DNA of 64,000 bases from an uncultured Clostridia bacterium (GCA_947630745.1 CANRIT010000003.1:55503-119502), one strand, 5' to 3'; shown: positions 9,731 to 19,706, counted from the first letter of the stretch. Program-made: numbers and translations. The notes: generated from the sequence alone by a model not told the origin.

Positions 9731-9838
9731 ACTTTTCTTAACAAGAAAAGTTGCAAAAGAATCCGTCTACTTTTCTTTGTAAAAAAAGTAACAAAAGAAC
9801 AACTTTTCTTAACAAGAAAAGTAACAAAAGAATCCGTT
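9731..9838 (+). repeat. Three tandem copies of the AACTTTTC hairpin repeat
   Basis: Copy 1 is 9731-9767, copy 2 (one stem mismatch) is 9769-9800, copy 3 is 9802-9838. Each is ACTTTTCTT-N3-AAGAAAAGT plus an (A/T)(A/G)CAAAAGAA(TCCGT) tail. An extra half-site lies at 9723-9730. Confidence 0.8.
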
Positions 9839-9938
9839 ATAAATCTAAATTTAAAAAATTAATAAAAATTTAATAAAAAATGCAAAAAAACATTAAATTT
9901 TTGTTAAAAAACGCAATAATTTGAAAAAATCTTTGTAA

Positions 9939-11906
<1,968 letters not shown>

Positions 11907-12025
11907 AATCTAATAATTTGCTAAATTTTGGTCAATTTTAATAAAATTTTGTGATTTTTTAAAGATTTTTAAAAAATTTTGCAAAAAAGTGATACAAATT
12001 TTAAAAAAGTGTGTTATAATATAAT

Positions 12026-12165
12026 TATCCATAAAGAGTGTGCGAGGGACAGCCCCGTTGACCACACAGCAACCTGCTTTAAGCAAGGTGCTAATGGCTG
12101 ACCGATGGGTTTAATTTGATTTTTGCGCTCATCGGTAACGATGGGTTTTTTCATCTCTTTATGGT
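12026..12165 (+). promoter_or_regulatory. SAM-I (S-box) riboswitch leader of metK
   Basis: P1 CCATAAAGAG (12029-12038) pairs with CTCTTTATGG (12155-12164). Conserved core GAGGGA..GCCCC..GCAACC..AAGGTGCTAA present. Extended -10 TGTTATAAT at 12012-12020. Sits upstream of metK. Confidence 0.8.
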
Positions 12166-12181
12166 TTAAAGGGAGAAAGAT

Positions 12182-13276
12182 ATGATAAAATTTATCACCA
12201 GCGAATCGGTGAACATTGGACATCCGGACAAAACATGCGACACAATTGCGGATGCGTTTTTAGATGAGGCGCTTAGGCAGGATAAAAACAGCCAAATGGC
12301 GGTTGAATGCGCAATTAAAAACAACAAATTATTCATCTATGGCGAGGCGACAACAAAGGCAAAAATTAACTACAATAAAATTGCGCGGCAGGTTTTAAGC
12401 GAGATTGGGTACAAAAATCATTTTAAAATTATTAAAGAGATTTCACACCAAAGCCCGGATATAAATCAAGCCGTGGTAAAAAACAAGCTTATGGCAAATG
12501 ACCAAGGGATAATTTATGGTTACGCTTGCAACGAAACGGACGAGTTTATGCCGCTGCCAATTTTGATTGCTCACAAACTTATGAAAAGGTATGACGATTT
12601 TAGGCGCACAACCAGCACATATTTTGCCGATGCAAAAGCGCAAGTTTCGGTTAAGTACGAAGATGATGTGCCGCTTGAAATTACCACAATCTTAATAAGT
12701 GTATCGCATCACAAAAATTTAACTCAGCAGCAGATTGAAAACGAAATCAAATCAAATGTAATCATGCCAGTTTTGCAAAATTTTCCGCGATTTAAATTAG
12801 ACAACACGCGCTTTATAATCAACCCAAGTGGCAAATTTACAATTTGGGGAAGTTTTGGTGACAGTGGCTGTGTTGGCAGAAAAATTGTGGTGGATAGTTA
12901 TGGCGGAATAGGTCGAGTTGGCGGTGGCTGTTTCAGTTCCAAAAACGCAACCAAAGTTGATAGGTCAGCTGCATATTATTGTAGATATGTAGCAAAAAAT
13001 ATTGTGGCACACAATTTATGCGATAGGTGCGAAATTTCAGTTGCATATTCAATAGGTATGGAAAATCCAATTTCAATAAACATAGATTGTTTTAACTCAA
13101 ACAAAATACCCATGGAGGGTATATATAATTTTGTTAATAATAATTTTAATTTCAGCCTTAACAACATTATCGACGAACTAAATCTGTTAAATCCAATCTA
13201 TAAACAGACTGCATGTTATGGTCATTTTGGAAATGCAAGCTACCCATGGGAAAAGATTAAACAATGCAAAATTTAA
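12182..13276 (+). CDS. metK: S-adenosylmethionine synthetase
   Basis: SESVNIGHPDKTCD N-terminus, GDSGCVGRKIVVDSYGG and GGGCFSSKNATKVDRS motifs. 364 aa, slightly short for the family. Confidence 0.9.
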   Translation: MIKFITSESVNIGHPDKTCDTIADAFLDEALRQDKNSQMAVECAIKNNKLFIYGEATTKAKINYNKIARQVLSEIGYKNHFKIIKEISHQSPDINQAVVKNKLMANDQGIIYGYACNETDEFMPLPILIAHKLMKRYDDFRRTTSTYFADAKAQVSVKYEDDVPLEITTILISVSHHKNLTQQQIENEIKSNVIMPVLQNFPRFKLDNTRFIINPSGKFTIWGSFGDSGCVGRKIVVDSYGGIGRVGGGCFSSKNATKVDRSAAYYCRYVAKNIVAHNLCDRCEISVAYSIGMENPISINIDCFNSNKIPMEGIYNFVNNNFNFSLNNIIDELNLLNPIYKQTACYGHFGNASYPWEKIKQCKI

Positions 13277-13351
13277 ACAAAGTAATAAAATCAACAAAAA
13301 TTAAAAAATAAGCACATTTTAATGTTAATTTTAAATAAAATTTAAAAAAAT

Positions 13352-13382
13352 TGCACCAAATTTTAGTTTTGGCGCATTTTTC
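13352..13382. terminator. Bidirectional terminator between convergent metK and sigE
   Basis: TGCACCAAA-N7-TTTGGCGCA hairpin (one mismatch), flanked by an A-run upstream and a T-run downstream. Confidence 0.65.
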
Positions 13383-14123
13383 TTATAGATTTTTACTCAT
13401 CTCAATCTTTAATTTGTGCAAGATTTTCTTTTCTAGGCGTGAGATGTAACTTTGGCTGATATTCATACTGTCAGCCACTTCTTTTTGTGTTTGTTCGCTA
13501 TACCCATTAAGCCCATATCGCATACTCATAATTATGCGTTCGCGTTCGTTTAAATTTTTTATACTTTCTAATAGATAAGATTTTTGGTCTTTCAGTTCAA
13601 TTTCGTCCGACACAAATTTTTCGTCTGGGATAATTTCACCAAGCGTTAAATTGTTGCCTTCTTCATCGTTGACAAGCGTGTCGTCCAAACTTAAATCGTT
13701 AATGCTTTTGTTAACCTTTCTTAAATACATCAAAATTTCGTTTTCAATGCAGCGGCTGGCGTAGGTTGCAAGTTTAATATTTTTGTCCAATTTATAACTA
13801 TCGACCGCCTTAATAAGCCCAATGCTGCCAACCGACACCAAATCTTCCATATCCAATTTTTTGCTTTCAAATCGCTTTGCGATAAACATTACAAGCCTAA
13901 GATTATGCTCAATTAGTTGGCTTTTTGCAGTTAAATCTTTATAGTCTTGAAAAGCGCGCACCAGTTCGGCTTCTCTGTCCGCATCAAGTGGGGCAGGCAG
14001 GCTTTCAGCCGAGTAAATATAGTTAACAATGTCGCTTGCATCCAAAAGATTTGGCTTTTTAGTTTTAAAGAAAACCGCTATTTTATGCACTAAATTTTTA
14101 AAAAAGTTAATAATTTTTTTCAT
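13383..14123 (-). CDS. sigE: Sporulation sigma factor E (pro-sigma-E)
   Basis: Sigma-70 regions 2-4. N-terminal pro-sequence followed by YIYSAESLPAPLD (compare YYIGGSEALPPPL). Immediately downstream of spoIIGA on the same strand. Confidence 0.88.
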   Translation of the reverse strand: MKKIINFFKNLVHKIAVFFKTKKPNLLDASDIVNYIYSAESLPAPLDADREAELVRAFQDYKDLTAKSQLIEHNLRLVMFIAKRFESKKLDMEDLVSVGSIGLIKAVDSYKLDKNIKLATYASRCIENEILMYLRKVNKSINDLSLDDTLVNDEEGNNLTLGEIIPDEKFVSDEIELKDQKSYLLESIKNLNERERIIMSMRYGLNGYSEQTQKEVADSMNISQSYISRLEKKILHKLKIEMSKNL

Positions 14124-14131
14124 TTTACCTC

Positions 14132-14935
14132 CTAAAACAAAGATGGGTTTAATAACGCTTGATAATTTGTGTTTTTAAAACTGTTAGATACGGCAACAAA
14201 TTGATTATTATATATTTTGTTTTTGCCATCAACGCAAATTTCCAGCTTATCAATCTTTTCAATTTTTAACTTGCTATTACCATTTACAGTGGCAGTTTTT
14301 GCATACTCCCCGGGGGTAACAAAATAGTCAATTAAATTTTTGTTTGTAAGTTTTAAATAACTGTTTAAGTCAATAACAATAACTGGACTATTGTTGTAAT
14401 TCAACAAATTTCCCGTATCTAAGTACGCAAACAATTTTACTTTATTTTTATCTTTATATAGGGTAATGGGGTATATCAAATTGTTGGTGTTAATTTTAAA
14501 TTTTATATGTTTCACCACAAGTTCAAATATGTAACTAAGTGTAATAACACAAATTGCAACAATATTTAAATTTATTTTACTTGAAATTACCACTCCAAAA
14601 CTTGTTAAATAACTAGTTCCCGCAAAAGTTGTTACAATACCCCCAAGGGCATAGGTGTAAATAAATAAAAGTATAAAATTAAACACAAATTGTTTTTTGC
14701 TACATTTAAATGCAACTCTAATCATAATAATCGCCGACAAAAATTTTATAATGTTTAAAATTATAACATTTTTAATAAAAATTGCGCCTAAAACGCTAAA
14801 AAATGTGGCAAAAATTGAAGAAATTAGCATTTTATAAAACTTTGTGCCAGATTTTGTTGTTAAATACACAAGCCTTAACAAACAAAAATTTATCAACAAA
14901 TTTTGCAATAAGAACGATTCGATATATATAGTCAA
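14132..14935 (-). CDS. spoIIGA: Sigma-E processing aspartic peptidase SpoIIGA
   Basis: Five N-terminal TM helices and an LDTGN aspartic-protease motif. TTG at 14935 sits 5 nt after AGGAGG and is preferred over the track GTG at 14941, which overlaps the SD. Confidence 0.8.
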   Translation of the reverse strand: MTIYIESFLLQNLLINFCLLRLVYLTTKSGTKFYKMLISSIFATFFSVLGAIFIKNVIILNIIKFLSAIIMIRVAFKCSKKQFVFNFILLFIYTYALGGIVTTFAGTSYLTSFGVVISSKINLNIVAICVITLSYIFELVVKHIKFKINTNNLIYPITLYKDKNKVKLFAYLDTGNLLNYNNSPVIVIDLNSYLKLTNKNLIDYFVTPGEYAKTATVNGNSKLKIEKIDKLEICVDGKNKIYNNQFVAVSNSFKNTNYQALLNPSLF

Positions 14936-15052
14936 GCGCACCTCCTATATACAAAATTATATAATTTTAAACCCAAAATCCATACAAAATTTTTAAACAA
15001 CAAAAACATATTTTGTCGCTATTTGTTATATTTGCACTAAATTATTTTTTTT

Positions 15053-15081
15053 GAATATTTTTCTTTTGCTTGAACACAATA
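15053..15081 (+). promoter_or_regulatory. Candidate forespore (sigma-F/G type) promoter of sigG
   Basis: GAATA (15053-57), 17-nt spacer, CACAATA (15075-81). This fits the remembered sigma-G consensus GHATR-17/18-CAHWHTA. No sigma-A -35/-10 pair is seen here. Confidence 0.4.
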
Positions 15082-15102
15082 TTTACACACAAAGGAGAGA
15101 TT

Positions 15103-15873
15103 ATGTCTAGGCGAGTTTACATTTGCGGTATTGATACCAGCACCTTACCAAAACTTACAAATCAACAATCCATTGAAATTTTAAAAAAAATTAAAGCGGG
15201 CGATAACACTGCCAAAGATTATTATGTTTATTGCAACATGCGCCTTGTGCTAAGTGTGGCGCAACAATTTGTTTCCAGCAAAGAAAATATGGACGATATT
15301 TTTCAAGTTGGCTGTGTGGGGTTAATAAAAGCGGTCGACAATTTTGACACCAGCCTAAATGTTCAATTTTCCACCTACGCCGTGCCAATGATAAAGGGTG
15401 AAATCCGCCGTTTTTTGCGCGATTCTTCCACCATGCGGGTAAGCCGAAGTTTGCGCGACACAGCCTATTTGGTGCTTAAAAGCAAAGAGCGTTTGCAGCG
15501 TGACCGCCAAGATGAGGTTGGGCTTGAAGATATAGCATCTGATTTAAATTTGACCATACGCGAAGTTTATGACGCGATTGATGCTGTTTCAACTCCGCTT
15601 TCGCTTGACGAAACCTTTTACAACGAATCGGACGAAGAAATGCGCCTTAGTGAGCATGTTGCGGACAGCGAACATTCAGTCGAAAAATGGATTGACCACA
15701 CCGACCTTATTGACGCGATAAAACTTTTGGAGGATAGGGAAAAGCAGATTTTAAGCCTTAGATATTTTATGGGCAAAACCCAGATGGAAGTAAGCGATGC
15801 GGTTGGCATTTCGCAAGCGCAAGTTAGTAGGCTTGAAAAAAACGCGCTTGACCACATAAAGCGCAGTTTGTAA
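15103..15873 (+). CDS. sigG: Sporulation sigma factor G
   Basis: MSRRVYICGIDTSTLPKL (compare Bacillus SigG KVEICGVDTSKLPVL), sigma-70 regions 2-4. ATG 15103 follows AAAGGAGAG. Confidence 0.85.
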   Translation: MSRRVYICGIDTSTLPKLTNQQSIEILKKIKAGDNTAKDYYVYCNMRLVLSVAQQFVSSKENMDDIFQVGCVGLIKAVDNFDTSLNVQFSTYAVPMIKGEIRRFLRDSSTMRVSRSLRDTAYLVLKSKERLQRDRQDEVGLEDIASDLNLTIREVYDAIDAVSTPLSLDETFYNESDEEMRLSEHVADSEHSVEKWIDHTDLIDAIKLLEDREKQILSLRYFMGKTQMEVSDAVGISQAQVSRLEKNALDHIKRSL

Positions 15874-16047
15874 AAGAAAAAATTTGCTATTATTTTAGCG
15901 AATTTTTTTAATATTTTTTCGCCACGAATTAACAATTTTTGCTTTTTACTATTAAAATTTTAAAAATTTGCAACATTTTTTGTTAAAAAGCGCAATTTTT
16001 ATCTAATTCATTTTGATTTTATTGCATTTTTGTAGTAAATTAGTTAT

Positions 16048-17712
16048 ATGGAAGTGGAAAATAAAAAACAAGAAAACATCCTTAAACGCTGGTATAAATT
16101 GTGCCAGCCAAACAAATTTGATTGGGCAATGCAAATCATTACATATTCGCTATATGCAATAATAAACGCGCTTATGGCGATTTTTGCCGCAAAAACAATA
16201 AATTGCTTGTACAATTCGGATTTTAGTGGAGCATTCTTTTGGTTGGCAGTTGAATTTTTGGACATCTTGGTGCGCAACGTGGTGTATCATTTGGAGTATT
16301 ACTATTACGGCAAGGTGTATAGCAAAATAAACCGAACGCTGTGCAGCAAAATCTACGACAAAATTATGTCGGTCTCCAACACGGAAATCAAAAAGTTTTC
16401 GCCAGAAAAAATTATAAGCATCGCGCAAAGCAACACCAGCTATGCGTGCGAATTTCCAGATTATGTTGCATCAATGGTGTCAAGGGTGGTGTTTGTAATT
16501 GTGTCGATTGTTGCCGTGTTTTCAACAAGCTGGTTTGCGGGCATAATTATTGCGCTGCTTGGTGTGGTTGACTTTTTTGTCTATCGCGCGGCACACAAAA
16601 AACTTGGCTATCACCTTAAACGCCGTTTTGAAGCGCAGGATGAAAGATTTAGGGAATATTCTCGCATTATAGGTGCAAAAGAGGTTATAAGCGAATTTGG
16701 CGTGCAAGACGAATATAAGCAAAAAATTTTAAAACAAGTCGACAAATACAACGATGAGTATTCCAAATATTACATGACATATTCAGCCAAAGAAAACCTT
16801 TATTATGTGGTGTGGAATGCGGTGGTGTATGCAATAACTGCCGTGCTTATATTTTTGGTTTCCAAAAACATGTTTGACATTGCGCTATACCTAATTGTTG
16901 TGCCATATTTAACCAATTGCACCACTAAATTAAACGAACTTTACGACAAGTTTGGCTCGGTAGAAAACACGCGCGTGGATGTGGATAGGTTAAATTTAAT
17001 TCTGTCGCTTAACGATAAAGAACTTATAAGTTATGGCAATGTAAACAAAGAGTGTGAGGGTTACAACTTGGGTTTTGCTTCTGTTTCGTGCAAGGATAAA
17101 GATAACCCAACAATCAAACTTGTCAACAGCAATGTCGCCTTTAAAATGAACGCAATCAACATTGTGCGCGGCGAACGCGATAGCGGCAAGCGCATAGTGT
17201 TTGATATTTTGCGCAGGCGGATAAAACCAGATGACGGCGTGGTGGTGCTGGATAATTTGAATTTGTTTGATTATTCGCCAAAAATTTTTAAAAACCACAT
17301 CGATTATTGTTCGCAGCACCCAATGTTTATCAGCGGCACAATTATGGAAAATTTGCAGGCTACAAAGCGCGATTTGTCCAAACTTAACGACCTTATTGAA
17401 GAACTTAATTTAAATCAAGTTATTGCCCGCCAGAAAAACGGGCTTAACACCCAAATTGACGATGTAAGTAACCCAGAAGACCGCTTTTGGATTGGCATAA
17501 TCCGCGCGGCGCTAAGCAAGTGCAAGATTTTGATGATTTACGAGTATCCAAACACAGACAACCCAGAATTCCGCGAAATATTCCAAAACATGATACAGAC
17601 ATGCGAAACAGACAAGCGCACACTTATATTATTTACTCACAACACTCAGCACGACAACCTTGCCGATGCCGTGTTTGAAGTTAAAAAAGGCAAAATAAAA
17701 AAGGTTAAATAG
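16048..17712 (+). CDS. ABC exporter-type protein (TMD-NBD fusion) with degenerate nucleotide-binding motifs
   Basis: Six-helix ABC exporter TMD. The NBD has GERDSGKR for Walker A, VSNPEDRF for LSGGQ, and ILMIYEYP for Walker B. The Q-loop Q and H-loop H are retained. Confidence 0.7.
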   Translation: MEVENKKQENILKRWYKLCQPNKFDWAMQIITYSLYAIINALMAIFAAKTINCLYNSDFSGAFFWLAVEFLDILVRNVVYHLEYYYYGKVYSKINRTLCSKIYDKIMSVSNTEIKKFSPEKIISIAQSNTSYACEFPDYVASMVSRVVFVIVSIVAVFSTSWFAGIIIALLGVVDFFVYRAAHKKLGYHLKRRFEAQDERFREYSRIIGAKEVISEFGVQDEYKQKILKQVDKYNDEYSKYYMTYSAKENLYYVVWNAVVYAITAVLIFLVSKNMFDIALYLIVVPYLTNCTTKLNELYDKFGSVENTRVDVDRLNLILSLNDKELISYGNVNKECEGYNLGFASVSCKDKDNPTIKLVNSNVAFKMNAINIVRGERDSGKRIVFDILRRRIKPDDGVVVLDNLNLFDYSPKIFKNHIDYCSQHPMFISGTIMENLQATKRDLSKLNDLIEELNLNQVIARQKNGLNTQIDDVSNPEDRFWIGIIRAALSKCKILMIYEYPNTDNPEFREIFQNMIQTCETDKRTLILFTHNTQHDNLADAVFEVKKGKIKKVK

Positions 17713-17738
17713 TGCAAAAAGTAAAATAAGGAGATTTT

Positions 17739-17816
17739 ATGAAATTAGATGATGTTATTAAAGAAAGGCATTCATGCCGCAATGCGATGTGGCAAAATTT
17801 CCATTTAAATTTGTAG
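17739..17816 (+). pseudogene. Possible remnant of a nitroreductase-family gene (first ~15 codons only)
   Basis: MKLDDVIKERHSCRN resembles the M..D.I..RRS.R.F nitroreductase N-terminus and is preceded by AAGGAG. The ORF stops after 25 codons. Confidence 0.3.
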
Positions 17817-17882
17817 GTTACACAATTAATTAAATTTTAGATTACATTCAAAATTGTGATTTGATTTGGTAGGGAAGGATTT

Positions 17883-18391
17883 ATGAACAATAAAATTGTG
17901 ATAGCTGGCTTTGCGGGCATTGGAAAAACATACCTTGCAAAAAATATAGCAATGTTAAAGATTTGGAAAGTAGCATTTATAAATATGATTATTCCAGTAT
18001 AAAACACCCAAATTATGAAAGATTAAAAGGGAATACGGATAGGATTTTAAATGAAAATTTTCCGCAAAATTACATTGATGCCATAAAACAAGCGCAAAAA
18101 GAATTTGATATCGTTATGGTCTGGCTGAATGACGAAGTGTACGATGTTTACCGGAAAAATAATATAAAATTTTGCATGTGCTATCCAGATAAAACTGATT
18201 TTTTAAACAATTATATCTTTAGATACATTGCACGCGGCAACTCACAACGCTGGATTAATAATGTTGTGATGAATTATGATAATACAATAGATAAAATAAA
18301 TCATATGAAAGAAAAAAAGATTGTTTTGCACAACAATCAGACTTTGGAAGATTGGCTGCTTGAAAACGGATACAATTTAAAAATCAAATAA
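17883..18391 (+). pseudogene. P-loop NTPase gene interrupted by a frameshift in an A6 run
   Basis: MNNKIVIAGFAGIGKTYLAK (Walker A) stops after 39 codons. The 142-aa continuation (17963-18391) is in another frame. One extra A in the run 17939-17944 would restore LAKKYSNVKDLESSIYKYDY. Confidence 0.7.
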
Positions 18392-18483
18392 ACAAAACAT
18401 AACATTTATAATAGTGTAGGCTGCTCCCAAAGTCGTTCAAATTCCTAGTTGTTAAATGTCATAGACGTTCACTGATTTTTAAG

Positions 18484-18815
18484 ATGTAATAGTTTGTAAA
18501 CATAAAAATAGCATTTTTATTTATACGGACTTTTGTGTTAAATTTGTAAAATACTATAAAATTATAATCAAATTACGCTGATTTGTTATATATGATAATA
18601 ATGTGATAGTTTGTAAGCATAAAAAAATTGCATTCTATATGTACCCATTTTTGTGTTAAGATTAAATCTGTTTATAAATATAATTAAAATTAACTTTTTT
18701 GATATAGTATAATGTAATAGTTTGTAAATTATAAAAATAGCATTTTTATTTTGTGTGTATTTTTGTGCTAAGTTTAGATTTGTCAAGAATTATATATGAT
18801 TATAATCAAATTGCA
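18484..18815 (+). repeat. Three degenerate tandem repeats of ~111-117 bp
   Basis: Units start at 18484, 18601 and 18712 with the shared core ATGTRATAGTTTGTAARCATAAAAATAGCATTTTTAT..TTTTGTGYTAARTTT. ATTATAATCAAATT recurs at 18561 and 18798. Confidence 0.75.
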
Positions 18816-18863
18816 AAGGATTTCAATTTATAAATAATTTTTTAAAAAAGTTATAAAAAATCA

Positions 18864-18892
18864 TTGACAAATGTAAAAAAAACTGATATCAT
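18864..18892 (+). promoter_or_regulatory. Sigma-A-type promoter of the tRNA-Ala/tRNA-Ile unit
   Basis: TTGACA at 18864-18869, 17-nt spacer, TATCAT at 18887-18892. Confidence 0.5.
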
Positions 18893-18939
18893 AATAAAGC
18901 ATTGACTTTTTGGTTTTTGCAAAATCACCTATAAATAGC

Positions 18940-19016
18940 GGGGGATTAGCTCAGTTGGCTAGAGCACTTGCCTTGCAAGCAAGGGGTCATCGGTTCGAAT
19001 CCGATATTCTCCACCA
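18940..19016 (+). tRNA. tRNA-Ala (anticodon TGC), CCA encoded
   Basis: Manual cloverleaf with acceptor GGGGGAT/ATTCTCC including G3:U70, anticodon loop CTTGCAA, T-loop TTCGAAT. Confidence 0.9.
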
Positions 19017-19124
19017 TTAAATAAGTCGTTATGCGATTTATTTAAACTTCCTTAAAGAAGCTAAGCATTTTGTAAGTCCGCCTCCTTGGGCTTACAAAAC
19101 AGCTGCGGCTGTAAGGTTTTACAA

Positions 19125-19201
19125 TGAGATGTAGCTCAGCAGGTTAGAGCACCACCCTGATAAGGTGGGGGTCGGTGGTTCGAGTCCACTCATCTCAACC
19201 A
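19125..19201 (+). tRNA. tRNA-Ile (anticodon GAT), CCA encoded
   Basis: Manual cloverleaf with acceptor TGAGATG/CATCTCA, anticodon stem CCACC/GGTGG, loop CTGATAA, T-loop TTCGAGT. Confidence 0.88.
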
Positions 19202-19250
19202 GATCGCCACCTTATATGGAACAAAGTGAAATATAAGTGGGGCGAGGTGA

Positions 19251-19265
19251 TGAGTCCACTCATCT
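19251..19265 (+). repeat. Degenerate partial copy of the tRNA-Ile 3' part (copy 1)
   Basis: GAGTCCACTCATCT (19252-19265) is identical to tRNA positions 19182-19195. Upstream, CCACCTTATATGGA...GTGGGGCGAGGTGA mimics the anticodon stem through the T-stem. Confidence 0.7.
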
Positions 19266-19346
19266 AAGTAGGGTAACCTACTTTTTTTAGACCCCCACCT
19301 TATACGGAATATAATGTAGTATAAAGAACAGGGTCGTGAGGTCCAA

Positions 19347-19365
19347 AGTCCACTCATCTCAACCA
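19347..19365 (+). repeat. Partial copy of the tRNA-Ile 3' end (copy 2, 19 nt identical including CCA)
   Basis: AGTCCACTCATCTCAACCA is identical to 19183-19201. It is preceded by GGGTCG and CCACCTTATACGGA, as in copy 1. Confidence 0.8.
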
Positions 19366-19390
19366 AGCGGGCGACACGCCCTCTTTTATC

Positions 19391-19415
19391 AAAACCGCAA
19401 GTGTGCGGTTTTTTC
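19391..19415 (+). terminator. Rho-independent terminator
   Basis: AACCGCA-agtg-TGCGGTT followed by a T-run. A second hairpin GGGCG-aca-CGCCC lies at 19367-19379. Confidence 0.8.
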
Positions 19416-19677
19416 ATTATTGGTCGCTTGCCCGCTTTTAAGAAAGGGGACCGACCTCCCCTTTCTTCCTTTCCTCTTGAATAGGATATAAATTTATATG
19501 TGCATAAGATTGAATGTAAATAAACTGATTCAATAAATTTTAAAATATTTTAAAAATTTTTTAAAAAAACAGTTAAACTTTTGAAATTGTTAAAAATGCG
19601 GAAAGTTTGACAAAATGGCGAAATTTGTTTAAGATTAGGGCGAATATTATCAAATTTTTTAAAAATTACAATTTTAT

Positions 19678-19706
19678 TTGATTTATTTTTGTTTTGGTGG
19701 TATAAT
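19678..19706 (+). promoter_or_regulatory. Promoter placed for leaderless plsY mRNA (TTGATT-17-TGgTATAAT)
   Basis: TTGATT at 19678-83, TGGTATAAT at 19698-19706. ATG 19713 is 6 nt after the -10 box. Confidence 0.6.

Noticed and set aside
15011-15023. Possible Spo0A box (TTTGTCGCT) upstream of spoIIGA.
   Set aside because: It matches TGTCGAA at only 5 of 7 positions, and a second box could not be found. That is not enough to call a regulatory site from sequence alone.
16022-16047. Leaderless-type promoter for the ABC gene at 16048.
   Set aside because: The best -10 candidates (GTAAAT, TAAATT) are weak, and their spacing to TTGCAT is wrong. It is not counted among the leaderless examples.
18484-18492. 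ATG-TAA start-stop mini-ORF at the beginning of repeat units 1 and 3.
   Set aside because: Unit 2 has GTG-ATA instead and reads through. No SD is present. The pattern is probably coincidental in AT-rich sequence.
18484-18815. The tandem repeats could be a CRISPR array.
   Set aside because: The period is 111-117 bp, against ~60-75 bp for CRISPR. The inter-repeat segments are themselves similar between units. The repeat boundaries are degenerate, and no cas genes are present in the window.
19190-19417. ORF of 75 aa on the minus strand.
   Set aside because: It overlaps the tRNA-Ile 3' end and its partial copies and has no SD or promoter. It is an artefact of tRNA-derived sequence.
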